From IMG/VR virus record IMGVR_UViG_3300042291_001013: a DNA stretch of 64,000 bases; one strand, 5' to 3'. Numbering within the stretch: the stretch's first letter is position 1; each line of letters starts with the position of its first letter. Source of the stretch: a virus. Taxonomy: Duplodnaviria > Caudoviricetes. This document shows, piece after piece, positions 10,322-25,300 of the stretch. The notes beneath the pieces were generated by a model. That model had not been told where the DNA came from. It made no database searches and saw only the letters and a list, made by a program, of their open reading frames with translations. The position numbers and the translations under genes are program-made.

Positions 10322-13300
10322 TGGCAACAGTTCGTAGTGTTGATTTTCTTCCTGAAATTTTTCAGACTGATGCCAACAAGCAATTTTTAAGAGCCACTCT
10401 TGATCAGTTGATTCAAGAGCCCAAGTTTAAAAAGACTCAAGGCTTTATTGGGCGCACAGTGGGCCCAGGTGTAAATCCCAACGACAAATATGTAGTTGAA
10501 CCCACAGATACTCGAGCCAACTATCAACTTGAGCCTGGCGTTATTAGTTTGGTTCCAGACACTGACACTATTCAAAATGCAATCACATATCCAGGCTTGA
10601 ATGATGCTATTGGATTCCAGGGTGGCAACAACGGCAGACCAGATCGCTTGTACGAAAGTGAATATTACAGCTGGGATCCGTTTGTTGACTTTGACTCATT
10701 TGTAAACTTCAGTCAGTATTTTTGGTTGCCCAACGGACCCGAAGTGGTTGACGTAGCGGCAACAGGCGTAGCAACATCAGACAATTTTATAGTAGATCGC
10801 GAAAATGGTGTGTATACTTTCTCAGGCGTGGCTGGAGAAAATCCTATTATTGAATTGGTGCGTGGCGGCAGTTACACATTCCAAGTTGCGCAAAACAACA
10901 AAGAAACTGTGAACTATCGTGTGCGCAACCAAGGCATTAGTTCATATGTGATTGACTTCCAGAACAACCCAACACTGACTTTGTCTCGTGGTAACACCTA
11001 TGTGTTTAACCTGACACTAAACGGCGACTTCCCATTCTGGATTAAAACTGCGCCAGTCACTGGCCTTGGCAGTCCCTACAACAGCGGTGTTAGCCGCAAT
11101 GGTGCAGTGACTGGACTTGTGACATTTACTGTGCCACAAGACGCACCAGATACTTTGTACTACATCAGTCAAACACAAAGCAACATGCAAGGCGAGTTGA
11201 ATATTGTGGACGGCGTACCGGGTACAGGTCCAGGATTTTGGATTCAAGCCGCCCCTGGTGTGAGTGGTCTCATACCCACAACACCCAATATCAGCAGTCG
11301 CGATGTGTTTGGTGTAACTGGCAACGGTGAAGATTTGGGCACTATTGTTTTCAACGTGCCCAGTAAAACAGCGCAGAGTTTTTACTACGATCTCAACCCC
11401 ATTACTTCAATTGACTTGATAACTGGACTAAAGTTTGATGAAATCAACAACCAACCAGTTGATCAATTTATTTTACAATACGGCGGCATTGACGGCATCA
11501 CAAACTTGAATGGCCGCACACTGATATTCACTAATCCTCTTACAGATGACACTGATGGCGGATGGCTACGCACAACGTTGTTTGATCCTTTAGAGCCTGG
11601 CGCTGCCAACAATGGCCTAGCAGGCAGTTTTGACTCACTACCATATGACCAAACTCTGATAATTGAACCTGAACAACGCTATCAGCGTTGGCAAATTTCT
11701 TATGTCAACGTTGCTGGTACAAATTATCTTTACTGTTCCAAGATTGCTGACATTGCGCCCTTGGACAAGTTCAACATTGGGTACGGCAATACGTACAGTA
11801 ATACTCAATGGTACAAAGACGCTACTGGCACATTCAAACAAGTTCCATTGTTGACAGCAGTACAAGATACCTTGTACTATCAAGACGGAACTGATCCTGA
11901 AATCTTTGGCACTATCAAGTTGCTTGAGCAAACTGGTGCGTCTACTTTGTTTGTGGATCAAATTTTGGGACGTAAAACCTACACCAGTCCCAACGGAGTT
12001 GAATTTAGCAATGGTCTCAAAGTTAGATTTACAAGCGACGTAAGTCCAGCCAGTTATGGATCAGGCACTACTTCAATTACCTATACCGAAACTGAATCAG
12101 GCACAAATTATATCACGTCTAACAGCAGTAATAATTTGTATGTAGGGGAACAAATTGTATTCAATAGCCCAAGCCTTGGAGGCCTGTTGCCTGGTCAAAC
12201 TTATTATGTGCGAAGCATAGCGGCCAGCGGGTTAAAATTTACAGTCAGCACCGTGGACGGCGGCCCAGCAGTTTCTTTATTGACTGGAACTGGCACGGCC
12301 TTTGCAACCTCAATCAGCAATGTAGAATATTATGTTAGCGGTGTTGGCACCAGCATTGAACTGTTGCCAGTAAGAGATTTTACCACACCAGAAACCTATG
12401 TGGTTGACGCATTTGACAGTACCATTGCCACAGAACCTGACCAACTGGACTATCTCACAATTAGCCGAGCCAGCAAAGACCTCAACGCATGGACACGTAG
12501 CAACCGCTGGTTCCACATTGATGTGATCAATGCCACAGCTGACTACAACAACTCTGTGGCTGTGTTGGACAACAACTATCGAGCCAAACGCCCAGTTATT
12601 CAATTCCGTCCAGGTATTAGACTCTGGAACATGGGCACCAGCGGCAAAGCGCCAGTTGATATCATTGACTTTGATGAAACTGATGCCTTTAGTAATATTG
12701 AAGGATCAACCAGTTACAGCACAGATGGTTACACTTTTGTAGAAGGCACACGAGTAATCTTTGCCGCAGACACAGATGCAGACGTGCGAGACAAAATTTA
12801 CATTGTGAGTTTTGTAACCCCTGACACTGTTGCTCCACTAATAGCACAACCTATTATTGTGTTGACCCTGGCTGCTGATGGTTTGATCAGTCTTGATCAA
12901 AGCACTGTCTGCTTGTATGGCAACAGCTTGCAGGGTCTAACCTTTTGGTATGATGGCACTGAGTGGACTCAAGCACAGCAAAAAACTGGTGTACAGCAAG
13001 CCCCATTGTTCAACGTGTATGACCCCCAAAGCGTAAGTTTTGGCGACGGAACCAAGTATCAGTCTACAACTTTTGCAGGCAGCAAACTATTCAGTTATGC
13101 TGTGGGCGACAGTTCTATATTGGATCCAGTACTGCAATTCCCCCTGCAATACTTGAACATCAACAACGTTGGTGACATTGTGTTTGTCAACAACTTGTAC
13201 AATGACACATTCTTGTATGTGGTTGACAACGTTTCTGTAACCAGTGACATCAGCTCAGGCTCAGTGCGAGAATATACCACACGAGAAACTTATCAAAAGT

Positions 13301-16300
13301 TGTTGGGTTGGCAAACTGCCATCTCAGACAGCAAAGTTTACCAACAGTTTAAATTTAGTTACAGTGGCACCACACTAAAACTTGACGTGTCTGTGTTGAA
13401 TCAAGTAACTTCCGCTGTGCCTGTGATCAAAGTCTATTTTGGTAGTGAGTTCCAAGATCCAGGAACATACACTTATATTACCACTAGTAACAGTACCACA
13501 ATCACTTTGAATGGTACCTATGTGCTTGGCGACATCATTGAAGTGTTGGCTCTAAGCAATCAAACCAGTCAAGCGGCGTTTTATCAGGTGCCCAATAATC
13601 TTGAATCAAATCCGCTTAATGCCAACAGCCCCAATTTTACCTTGGGTACTATTCGCCAACACTATCAGAGCATTTGCGAAAACTTGCTGACCTTGAGAGG
13701 TCCGGTAAACGGCGCCAACAACACTAGGGACCTTGGTGATATCATACCTTATGGTCTTACAATTTTACAACAAAGCTCACCACTGACTCTGGCAGGTTAT
13801 TTCATGCGCAGTCAAGACTACAATATATTTGCGGCGTTGCAATACAACAGCCAAGAGTATTTGAAGTTCAAAGCACAGATGTTAGACTCAGTAATCAGTC
13901 AAAACATTGGGTTCAATTCAACCGCACAGATTCTTGACACTGCAATTCAAAATATCACGTTGGGCAAGCTGGATAGTCAGCCATTCTATTGGGGTGACAT
14001 GATCCCACAAGGGGTCACAACCTACAGCAACAGCTACACTGTGAGTTTTATTACTCGTCCCACATTTGACACTGTTCAAGTGTATAACTTTGAATCAGCA
14101 AATTATCTTGGCCTTTGTGTATACATCAACGATGTAATTCTGGTACGTGGAGTAGACTATGATGTTGCCACAGATGGCCCACGTCTTACTATCACCCGCA
14201 CATTGAATTTGGGTGACATTGTGTTGATCAACGAGTATTCAGAAACTTATGGTGCATTTGTTCCCAACACACCTACCAAAATGGGATTGTACCCAGCCTA
14301 CATTCCTGTTATCACTGATCAAGTAACCAGTACTGGAACCGAAACTGTTATTATCGGGCACGATGGCAGTGTTACCAAAGCGTTTGGCGACCTGCGTGAC
14401 GAAGTGCTGTTGGAGTTTGAAAAACGAGTTTACAGCAATCTCAAGTTGGATGGAAATCCTGTACCAATAACAATTGAAGAAGTATTGCCCGGTGAGTTCC
14501 GCGAAACTGGATTTACATTTGAAGAAATCAATACTATTTTTGCTCAAGACCTATTGAGCTACTGTGGCTGGAACAAACTGGATTACAAAACACAAAACTT
14601 CTCGGCCAATAACGAGTTCACGTGGAATTACAGCACTGCTACCAACAAGCTCAATAATGAAAATTTATTGGGTGCCTGGCGCGGTATCTATCGCTATTTC
14701 TATGACACACAACAGCCAAGTCTGAGTCCTTGGGAAATGTTGGGATTGGCAGAGAAACCACTGTGGTGGGAAGGTCGCTATGGCACAGCGCCATACACAT
14801 CAGACAACTTGGTTTTATGGGATGACCTAGAAGCCGGCTATGTTGCTGATCCTGTGGCCCCATTCTATCGTCCTGAGTATGCTCGTCCAGGCTTGACCAA
14901 GGTAATTCCAGTTGATGATCAAGGCAACTTGGTCAGCCCATTTGTCAGTGTGGTCAGCAACTATCAAGAAAATCAATTCCAGAAGTCGTGGGCCATTGGT
15001 GATGGCGGCCCAGTTGAAGCGTCATGGTGGAACAGCAGTGCATATCCTTTCTCAGTAATGCATGTGCTTGCAGTCACACGCCCAGCCAAGTTCTTTGCAC
15101 TGTTTGCTGACCGCGATCGATACAAGTATAACGAAGATTATCAACAATATCTGTACGACAATCGTTACCGCCTGGATGCCAATGGAGTTCAAGTGTATGG
15201 CAATGGTGTCAGCAAAGCCAGTTTCATGGACTGGATTGTGGACTTTAACCGTCAGACTGGTATTAATTCTACTGATGCATTACAAGCAGACCTCAAGAGT
15301 CTTGACGTAAGACTGTGCTATCGCATGGCCAGCTTTAGTGACAAACAGTATATTAAACTTTACACTGAAAAGTCCAGTCCCAACTCTACCAATACTGCGT
15401 TGCAGATTCCTGATGAGAGTTACAATGTATTGCTGTATAAGAATCAGCCGTTTGATCGAGTAATTTACAGCTCAGTTGCAGTGCAAAAAGTTGCAGGCGG
15501 ATATGCAGTATTTGGTTATGGTAACAGCCAGCCTTACTTCAACATCCTGGAAAGCAAGGCAGTGGGCAAAATGCAAACAATTACCACGTCAGGCATTACT
15601 ATCAAAGTGCCAACATTTTACACTGATAACGTTGTACAAGTTCCATACGGATTTATCTTTACCAACGCAACCAGTGTAGCAGACTTTTTGTTAAGCTACG
15701 GACAATTTTTACAGCGTCAAGGACTGGCATTTACCAACATTGCCAATGGTTATGTGCTGGACTGGGGCAGAATGGTCAACGAATTCCTGTACTGGACTGC
15801 ACAAGGCTGGGGCGAAGATGCTATCATTAATTTGAATCCCTTGGCAGCAGGATTGGATATCACACGACCACAAGCTATTGTGGACAGCGTCAACGCTGAA
15901 ACTACTGAGAATTTAATACTGGATCAAAACTCACGCGAAATATCCAGCCGCAATCTCAATGTTGTGCGCCTGGGCAACTACTTTTCTATCCAGCCCCTGA
16001 GCACACAAAGTCTCAGCTACATTGATCTGCGCTACACCAACTATGAACACATGATTGTGTTGGACAACCAAAGTGTGTTTGGTGATTTGATTTATGATCC
16101 AATCACTGGCGCTAGACAAAGTCGTTTGAATTTGATTGCGGCCACTAGCGATGAATGGAACGGCAGTGTTGACGCTCCGGGCTTTATTTTAAATCAAGAC
16201 AACGTTGAAGAGTGGACTGGCCTGCGCACTTACACCAAAGGCGAAATTGTCAAATACAAGAACGTGTACTGGTCAGCATTGACCATTGTACAACCAACAG

Positions 16301-19300
16301 ACAAGTTTGATTTTAATGTTTGGACACAGAGTGACTTTACTCAAACTGAAATAGGTCTGTTGCCAAACTTGGCCAACAAAGCAAATCAATTGGCCAACAG
16401 CTATGATATCAATCAAGCCAACCTTGAAGGCGACAATGACTTGCTCAGTTATGGCTTGACTGGATTTAGACCACGACAGTACATGTCTGCTTTGAATCTT
16501 GATGATGTAAGCCAGCTCAATGTGTATAGACAGTTCATTGGGGACAAAGGTTCTGTATTGTCAGCTGAATTGTTTAAATCAGCTAACCTGGGCAAAGAGT
16601 CTGCTGACTACGACATTTTTGAAAACTGGGCAGTTCAACGTGCTGTGTATGGCGCCAATGCCAACCGCAGTTTCTTTGAATTGCGTTTGAATCGTGCGCT
16701 ACTAAATCCAAACCCCAGTCTGATACAAGTGGTGATTCCACAACAACAAAGTTCAGCTGACCAACAAATTTTACTGAGTGCGGTGTGGAGACAAAGCTAC
16801 AAACTCACAAGCCCTGATATTCTGCCCACCACCATAGAATTGCCAACCGACATTGGTTTGCCCACAGCTGGGTATGTAAATCTTGATGATGCAGATATCA
16901 CAGTGTTTGACATCAACAATCCAGCCAGTCTCAATGCCAACATTGACAATATTGAAGTTGGTACCAGTATCTGGGTGGCCAAAGTCAACAGCTATGACTG
17001 GAACATCTATCGAGCACAGGCAGTGCCAGGAGTAATTCAGCACGTATGTGACAACTTGAATGGCACCAGCCGAGTAATTTTTAGTCAAAATCACGGACTT
17101 GTTGCGGGTAACAAACTGATTATCAAATTCTTTGACACTGAAATCAACGGTGTTTATCAAGTGCTGTCAGTGTCTAATCTAACCACAGTAAACATTAGCT
17201 TTAGATTCACTGGTAGTCGCACAGTGGCCAACGGATCTGGCCTGGGATATACTTTGCAAACCATGAGGGTATCACAAGCCAGTGACGTTATTAACTTGCC
17301 TTACGCAAATAACATTTTGCCAGGTGCTAAAGTCTGGGTTGATGACAACGGTCAAGGTTTGTGGGAAGTTCTTGAAAAGAACGAAGTATTTTCAGATGTC
17401 ACAAGCCTAAGTCCAATACTGCTAGACGCAGGCGAACAGTATGGCTCAAGTGTGGCACAGGCACAGAATAGATTGGCTGCCTTGGTTGGTAGTCCACGTT
17501 ACGGTTTTGGCAATGTGTCAGATCCCGAGCTTGCTCAAGGTGCATTGTACCTATACGTTAAAGCCTACACTGATCAATATCAACCAGTGACTCCGTTGGG
17601 AAATACTGACGCTGTATTCAAACTTGATGCTACTGGCATTCGTGGTTATGGCAATGCTGTGGACTTTGGGAATCAAGCCTGGGCTATTGCTGGAGCCAGC
17701 AACAGTACTGACCAACTCAGCATGTCAATCATTGCCGCAAGTGGCGATGGGTCAACAGTCACAATCACATTCCCTACAATGACCAGTGCACCTTTTAGCA
17801 TTGGCGATTCAGTAGTGATTACTGGGGTTAATCCAGACAGTTACAACGGCACTTGGACACTGACCAACTGCACTTCTAGCCAGTTGCAATTTGCTAGTAC
17901 CAACACCAACATTTACTTGTCGGGCGGCAAAATCACACAAAACAGCAACTACAGCACACAAGTTGGTACTGCCTGTGTTATCTATCGAGATCCTGCACTG
18001 GGTCAGCCTGGCGCAGTGCCTTTCGCACAGTGGCAATTGTTGACACCACCTGCTGTAACCAGTCCATTTGGAGCACCTGGCACTAGAGAATTTGGCTACA
18101 GCGTGGCCATGAGTCTTGATGAACGTTGGGCTTATGTAGGATCACCTGCCACAAACGAAGTTCATGCTTATGGACGAGTTGATTATGAAAATCAATTTGC
18201 TCGAGCACGTGGAGATGGTGTAACTAAAACCTACAACATTGCTGATCGAATTCAAATCAATGCTTCAACACAGCTCAAGATCACAATTGATGGAACTATA
18301 CAAACCCTAGGAACCAACTATACTGTTGCACCATCCCTTGGCTCAGTGACATTTACAATTGCCCCGCCTGCTGACACGCTGATAGATATTCAACGAATTT
18401 TCACGCAACAGCTTGACGCACAAAACTATTATGATGTGATTCAAAGCGCAACCTCAGGTTCAGGCACTGGCGCCAAGTTTACTATTGTGCGTGTGCGTGG
18501 CCAAGTGGGCCAAACTCCTGGCGGCGAAGGCAGCGTGGGTACTACCAGTTTGGGTTCAGGATATGCAGTAAATGACACTATTGATATTGCGGCATCAACA
18601 TTTGGTGGCGGCTCAAGTCCAGCAAACGACATTGTGCTTACAGTGTTGACTGTGGGCACTGGCGGTGCGTTGGGATTATTCTCAATTGCTTACACAGCCC
18701 CCACATTGACCAGCACATTCTCATTAAACGAGTATTTCTTTACAGCAACAACAATCAACAGTTTCAGCGTCACAGTTGATGATGCGTTACAAAGACCAAA
18801 TCTTGACTACACATTCAACACCACAACTGACGATTTACGATTTGAAAATGTTCCGCCTGCTGGTTCTGTGATTATTGTCAACGCTCAGGGCTACTTTGAA
18901 TATGTGTCCACGATTGACACTTCTGACGTACCTGGTGGATTGGTAGCAGGTGATAGATTTGGCGAAAGCATTGCTATAACCACAGACGGGCGACAGATCA
19001 TGGTTGGTGCTCCTGATAGTGGTATCAATGGTGAAACTGAGTCTGGTGCAGTGTACATTTTTGATCGAAACGTACAGAAGTTTATCTACAATTCAGATAA
19101 TTCCACAATTTCTGGTTATGAATTTACCTTGCTTGGTACCCCAGTTGGTCCTATCAGTGTGATAGTAAACAATGTGTTCTTGCAAAATGAATACACAACA
19201 CTTCCAAGTGCTCCTAACACGTTTGAGTGGAACGGTGCAAACACAGTAACAATTAATGCAGAGCTACAAACTGGTGACATAGTTGAAATTGAAACTAATC

Positions 19301-22300
19301 AATTTAGATTTGTGCAACGAGTAGATCAAGAAACTGCGGCTGAGTTTTCCAACTTTGGTCAAGCTGTTGACATTTGCCCGTACAACTGTAGTCTCTATGT
19401 TGGTGAACCCAACAGCAGTGTACAAGTATTCAAGGGTGGTATTGTTGAACGCAATGTAAACCAAAGCCGTATCTATGGTACGACCACTGCTACAACTGCT
19501 AACCCAACATTAGCGGCGGCCAGCACAATTCGTGTCAATGACATGGATGTATTGGTACCCGGCAGCTGGTCTAGTGCCAGCACTTATCCAGTTAACACTG
19601 TGGTAACCAATACTGTTGGCAGTACAACAACTATCTATCTAAGTTTGCAAGCAGTTCCTGCACTGACTTTGATTACCAACACTTCGTACTGGCAAGTAAT
19701 TACATCAACCACGGTACTTGCCAGCGTAAATGTGCGAGCACTTGCCGCGCAGATCAATGTGTCTGTGCCAAACGTTAGTGCCACAGTTGATGTCAACGGA
19801 TACATGACTATTGCAGTCAAGAACAATGATGCGGCAGCTGAATTTAACAAAGTACAAGTTGCTCCTGGGTCAGGTTCAGGAACATCATTCAATAATCTAG
19901 GGTTTGAAACATTTGTTTGGACACAAAATATTTTAAGCCCGTACCCTGTTGATTATGCACAGTTTGGCGGCAGCGTCAGCATTGATGATTCAGCAGTGAA
20001 TCTTGTGGTAGGTGCGCCCAATGGTACCTTGTATCTAGAAACTGTGTTTGACGATGGTACAACATTCTTTGATTCTGGCAGTACCATATTCTTTACAATT
20101 ATTGTACAGAGTGGTGCCGCATACACGTTTGATTATTTGCCAAGTTCTAGTTTGGTAGTGACTAACCCAGGCAAATTTGTATTTGGACAACAGGTCAGCA
20201 ACAGTGAAGTACAATCGTTAGACTCATTTGGTGTGGCAGTAAATTACACTGGTGGTGTGCTCATGGTGGGCGCACCCAAGAACGATGTTGGTGATTCAAC
20301 TTCAGCGTTTGGTGCTGTATTTGTGTTTGAAAACCCCAATCGTTTACCTGCTTGGACAATACAAACAATAGAACAACCAGTAGTGGATGTGCGGTTGTTG
20401 AACTCGGTATTCTTGTATGATAGAATTTCCAGTGCAGTTACTGAACACCTGGATTGGCTCAACCCGTTACAAGGCAAAATACTAGGCGCCGCAAGACAAA
20501 ACATTGACTATATTGGTGCTGTAGATCCTGCCAGTTACAATGTTGGTCCTCTCAACGTTAGAGGCACAACTTGGGTTGGTGGCCACCTGGGAGAAATTTG
20601 GTGGGACACTAGTTCTGTAAGATTTATTGACCCCAATCAAGACGACATTACCTATGCGGCTCGACGTTGGAGCCAAGTGTTCCCTGGCAGCGAAATTGAT
20701 GTCTATCAATGGATTGTAAGTTCAGTACCACCGGCGCAATACATTGGCGAAGGCGTGATTAAAGATACGCTGAGCTACGTTGTAAATTCTCGCTTGACCA
20801 AAGATGGCACCATTGCTACCGATTACTATTTCTGGGTTCGTGGTATTACTGTGACTGCAACAGCACTGGGCAAAACATTGCCAGCATCTACTGTTGCCAA
20901 CTATATTGAAAACCCAAGAGCCAGTGGAATACCTTATGTTGCACCAATCAATGCCAGCACAATTGCTATCTATAATTCGGGTGATTACATTGAAGCTCAA
21001 GATACAATTATTCACATTGAATTTGATCGTGAACTTACCAATGATAATGTACACGTTGAATATGAACTGATCCCACAAGATCGTGCTGATGGCTTCTTGA
21101 GTGGCAATCTTTACCGCAAACTGCAAGACAGTTTCTGCGGTGTTGACAGTTTTGGTAACCTTGTACCTGACCCTAATCTCAGCATAGCTGAACGTTATGG
21201 CGTACAGTTCCGTCCACGTCAATCTATGTTTGTGGATCGATTTGCGGCTCTTAAAAACTACCTGAATCGATGCAATACTGTGTTGGCACAGTATACCATT
21301 GCTGAAAGCCGCAGTTTTAATTTGCTTAACAGTGCAGAGCCAGAACCAGGATCTAGTACTGGCTTGTGGAACTTGCGTGTGGCCAACTTGGAAATCTTGG
21401 GATTCCAGAATATCTATACAGTGCCCTTGGGTTATCGATATCTTGTGGTCACTGACAGTAGCAACCGTGGTTTGTGGACAATCTACACTGTAGAAAACAG
21501 TGACCAAATCCCAGGTGAACGAGCGTTGATTCTAACACGAGTTCAGGGTTACAATACCCCAGACTACTGGAGTTACATTGATTGGTATCGCCCTGGGTAC
21601 AATTCCAGCACCAAGGTCATTACGGAAGTTCCAGTATTCAGCTCATTGACCACACTGGAAGTTGCTGTTGGCAGCAGTGTCAAAGTCACAGCCAATGCTC
21701 AAGGCAAGTGGGAAATTTACCTGCGCACTGATCTTGGTTATGAACGTGTGGGCTTGCAAGATGGGACCATAGAGTTTTCTGCAGAGCTTCATGATTATGC
21801 TCTGGGACGTTTTGGTTTTGACGTTGAAGTTTTTGACGCTCAATACTATGACCAAGAGCCTGTGATTGAAACACGCAAAGTTATCCAGGCCATCAACGAA
21901 GAATTGTTTGTTGACGACCTGGCAATTCAACGCAACAAAGCCCTGGTGCTGATGTTTAACTATGTGTTGAGTGAATTCTCAGCGCCAGAATGGTTGGTCA
22001 AGACCAGTCTGATTGACGTTGATCATAGAATTCGTGATTTGGTTCCGTACCAAAACTACGTGCGTGATAACCAAGAATTTGTGTCAGACTATATTCAAGA
22101 AGTCAAGCCTTATCACGTGAGTGTGCGCGAGTTCAACTTGAAATACACTGGCTTTGATGAATTCTTTGGCGACATGAGTGACTTTGATGTGCCAGCATAC
22201 TATGATGTTTCTTTAGAAGTTCCGCAGTATGTGAGCCCAATTTTGTTACCATACTATCACAGTGACAGCTTTAATGCGGCGTTTAACACCAAGAGCGACG

Positions 22301-25300
22301 TTCCTGCCAACAGTACAGTATGGACATCATGGCCATGGAGTCAATGGTATAACAATTATTTGTTAACACTTGACGACATTAGAATGATTGAATTTGGTGT
22401 TGGGTATACTGAAGCACCTCAAGTGGTTATCACTGGCTCGGCTACTGTGCCTGCCACGGCTGTGGCAGTGATCAACAGCGTAGGACAAGTGGTAGCAATC
22501 AACATTGTTGACGCAGGCTCTGGCTATAATGCAACGCCAACTGTGACATTTAACGGTGGTAACGGTTCAGGCGCCAAGGCCTATCCTATCATGAACTATG
22601 ATGCGGTAACTGACACACCCACTGGTCTAGTGCGTAGCTTTAAAACTGTGATCAAGTATGACCGATTCCAGTATGTCAGCAGTGTGCTTACATGGAGTCC
22701 TGATGGCACCTATCAAGACGGTACCTTGGTTCGTTACGAAGATCGTGTGTGGCAAGCGTCAAGCCCAGATTCAACCGCAGTGGTTGGACCTGATTTTAAT
22801 CTAGAAGACTGGACCCCAGTCAACGCTGGAACCTACAACAACGGCCTGGGACTAACTGGTGTTGATCGTACCATGGGCTTGTATGTTGCAGGGGTGAACA
22901 ACCCCGGGCTTGAATTGCCTTTGTTGATTGATGGCGTTGACTATCCGGGTGTGCAAGTGTATGGTGATTACTTCCTTGGCAATCCCACATTTGTAGACGC
23001 AGAATACACAAGCGAATTTACAGACGCTACCTTGGGTGATCGATTCAGCGACATCAACGCAGACGGTGGCCAGTTTATTGGTCCTTACGAAGGACATGCA
23101 CCAGAAGAACTGGTAAACGGATCAGAATACGACACCTTGGATTTCCGAGTGTACACACGCCCAGGCTCAGATTGGAGCTTTGATGGACATGGATTCCAAC
23201 TGGGAAGTCGTCGATTCATCTTTACTCCTGCGTTGACCAGCACATTTAGTTGGGCTGACGTGGTTGATCGTCCTGTGGAAATTGTTGTTAGCAATCAAAC
23301 ACAAGGCGTTGATTTAAGAAAAAATATTGACTACAGTGTTGACTACAACGAACAAACAATCACCATCAACACTGGTGTAGCCGATGGTGAAATTATCAAT
23401 ATCACAGTTTACGAATTGGGTGGCGGTAGCCAACTGTTTAGAAACAACTACAACGGTGGTGATGTTGGAGACAGCGTTGTAATTCCAGTAAACAGTGTAG
23501 AAATAACTGACATTGCAGTGTTCTCAAATGGCGAGTTAACCACTGGCATTAGTTGGGAACCCTATGTTGACAGTGTGACCTGGGACATTGTTGATCCCTA
23601 CAGCAAATTTGACACAGTGAAATCCACAGCGGCATTTGCCGGATCAGTGACTGGAACAACATTGACCGTTACCGCAGTGACTTCAGGAACAGTGATAGCT
23701 GGACAATTCATCACAGGTGCTTATGTAGAATCCAACACATTTGTTGTTGATCAAATTGAGCCATTGTTGTTTGGTGAAACCCTGGGCGGCATAGGACGAT
23801 ACAATGTAACAGTATCTCAAACTGGATTCCCAGGCAACATTGTGGGTGCTAGTTTCTATCGTGCGCTTCAAAATGTGCCAGCTGGTACCAATATTACTGA
23901 AACTTTGTATTGGTTTAAATTTGTACCAACACTACAAACTCTTGTGAATTTTGGAACAACCTATACTGGCGCTGAAGGCTTGGCCTTGGTGGCATTTAGT
24001 CTTACCACTGTGAGTGCTGGGAACTTTGCTGTTGGCAACACCTACACTATTGCGTCACTTGGCACAACAAATTTCACAGCAATTGGCGCGGCATCAAACA
24101 CCGTGGGCACACAATTTACAGCTACTGGTGTTGGCACAGGCTCTGGCACAGCAACATATGATTACAGTTGGAGTACCCCGCAGGTACAATATTTTGTGGT
24201 TGATAACAACACAGTGTCAACCAAGACTTTTATCTTGACCAACAGTTTGCAAGGGTCAAACAACGCCAACATGATTGTCACAAGAAATGGCTTGCGACTA
24301 CGCCCATACGAAGGAATTGAGTGGTTTGGTGACGGATCCAGTACCGAGTTTGGATTGCCGCAACGTGGTGGTTTTGGCCAAGACATTATTGATGCACCCA
24401 ACGATATATTTGTTTGGGTTGATAATGTATTGCAACCACAGAGTTTTGGTGCACAATCAGGCACCTACAGTGTCAGCAATTATACTGGTTCCAACACTCC
24501 TGGTCGTCAGGTGGTGTTTAACGATCCTCCGCCAGCAGGTGTAAGAATCTTGATTTCGGTTGATACCCAAGCTGACTATACCATAATAAGCAATCAATTA
24601 CAAATCATTACCTCAGTTAACGTAGGCGACAGCATTGCAGTTACCACATGGAACGATACTGCGCAACAGGCTCCGTTGACTTTGGTATTCCAAGGTCCAA
24701 TTGTTACTGGTGTAACTGTTGCTGAAGGTTACGACAGCACAGTATTTGATGCGGCAGCTATTTCAGAAACGCCAGGATCATTTGACTTCTCAACAGGTAC
24801 TGCGGTGGCTAACAATGACTTCTGGCTTGAACGTGCTGGGGTTGAGGCCAGCAGACTTTGGGTAACACTGGATGGTCAACGACTGTTTGAAGGTCAAGAC
24901 TTTGTGGTTGCCGGTGAGTATCTTGAGCTCAGTAGCGGCGCTATTGGCACCTTACAAATTCTAGCAGTTACTGAATTTACCAGCAGCCTAGTTCCAGAAG
25001 CCATGGCATTCCGCATATTCCAAGACATGCGCGGCGTGCAAGCCACCTATAGAATCACTGCGGCCACTAGTACATTTGTGGCGCAACCTATTGGTCAAAC
25101 TGACAGTGTGATCTACGTAGACGACGTAAGAAAACTCAGTGAACCAGCTCTTGACGTTGGTATTTTTGGTGTGGTTACAATCAACGGTGAACGCATCATG
25201 TACCGCACTGTAAATTATGACAACAATTCTATCACTGGACTGTTGCGTGGAACTGCTGGTACTGCGGCTGCTGATCATGACGTGGGCACAGACGTATACG

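Noticed and set aside
20722-21507. 261-aa minus-strand ORF and the many other 60-190-aa antisense/alternate-frame ORFs in the track
   Set aside because: They lie entirely inside well-supported genes, lack motifs, SDs and promoters, and are expected shadow ORFs.
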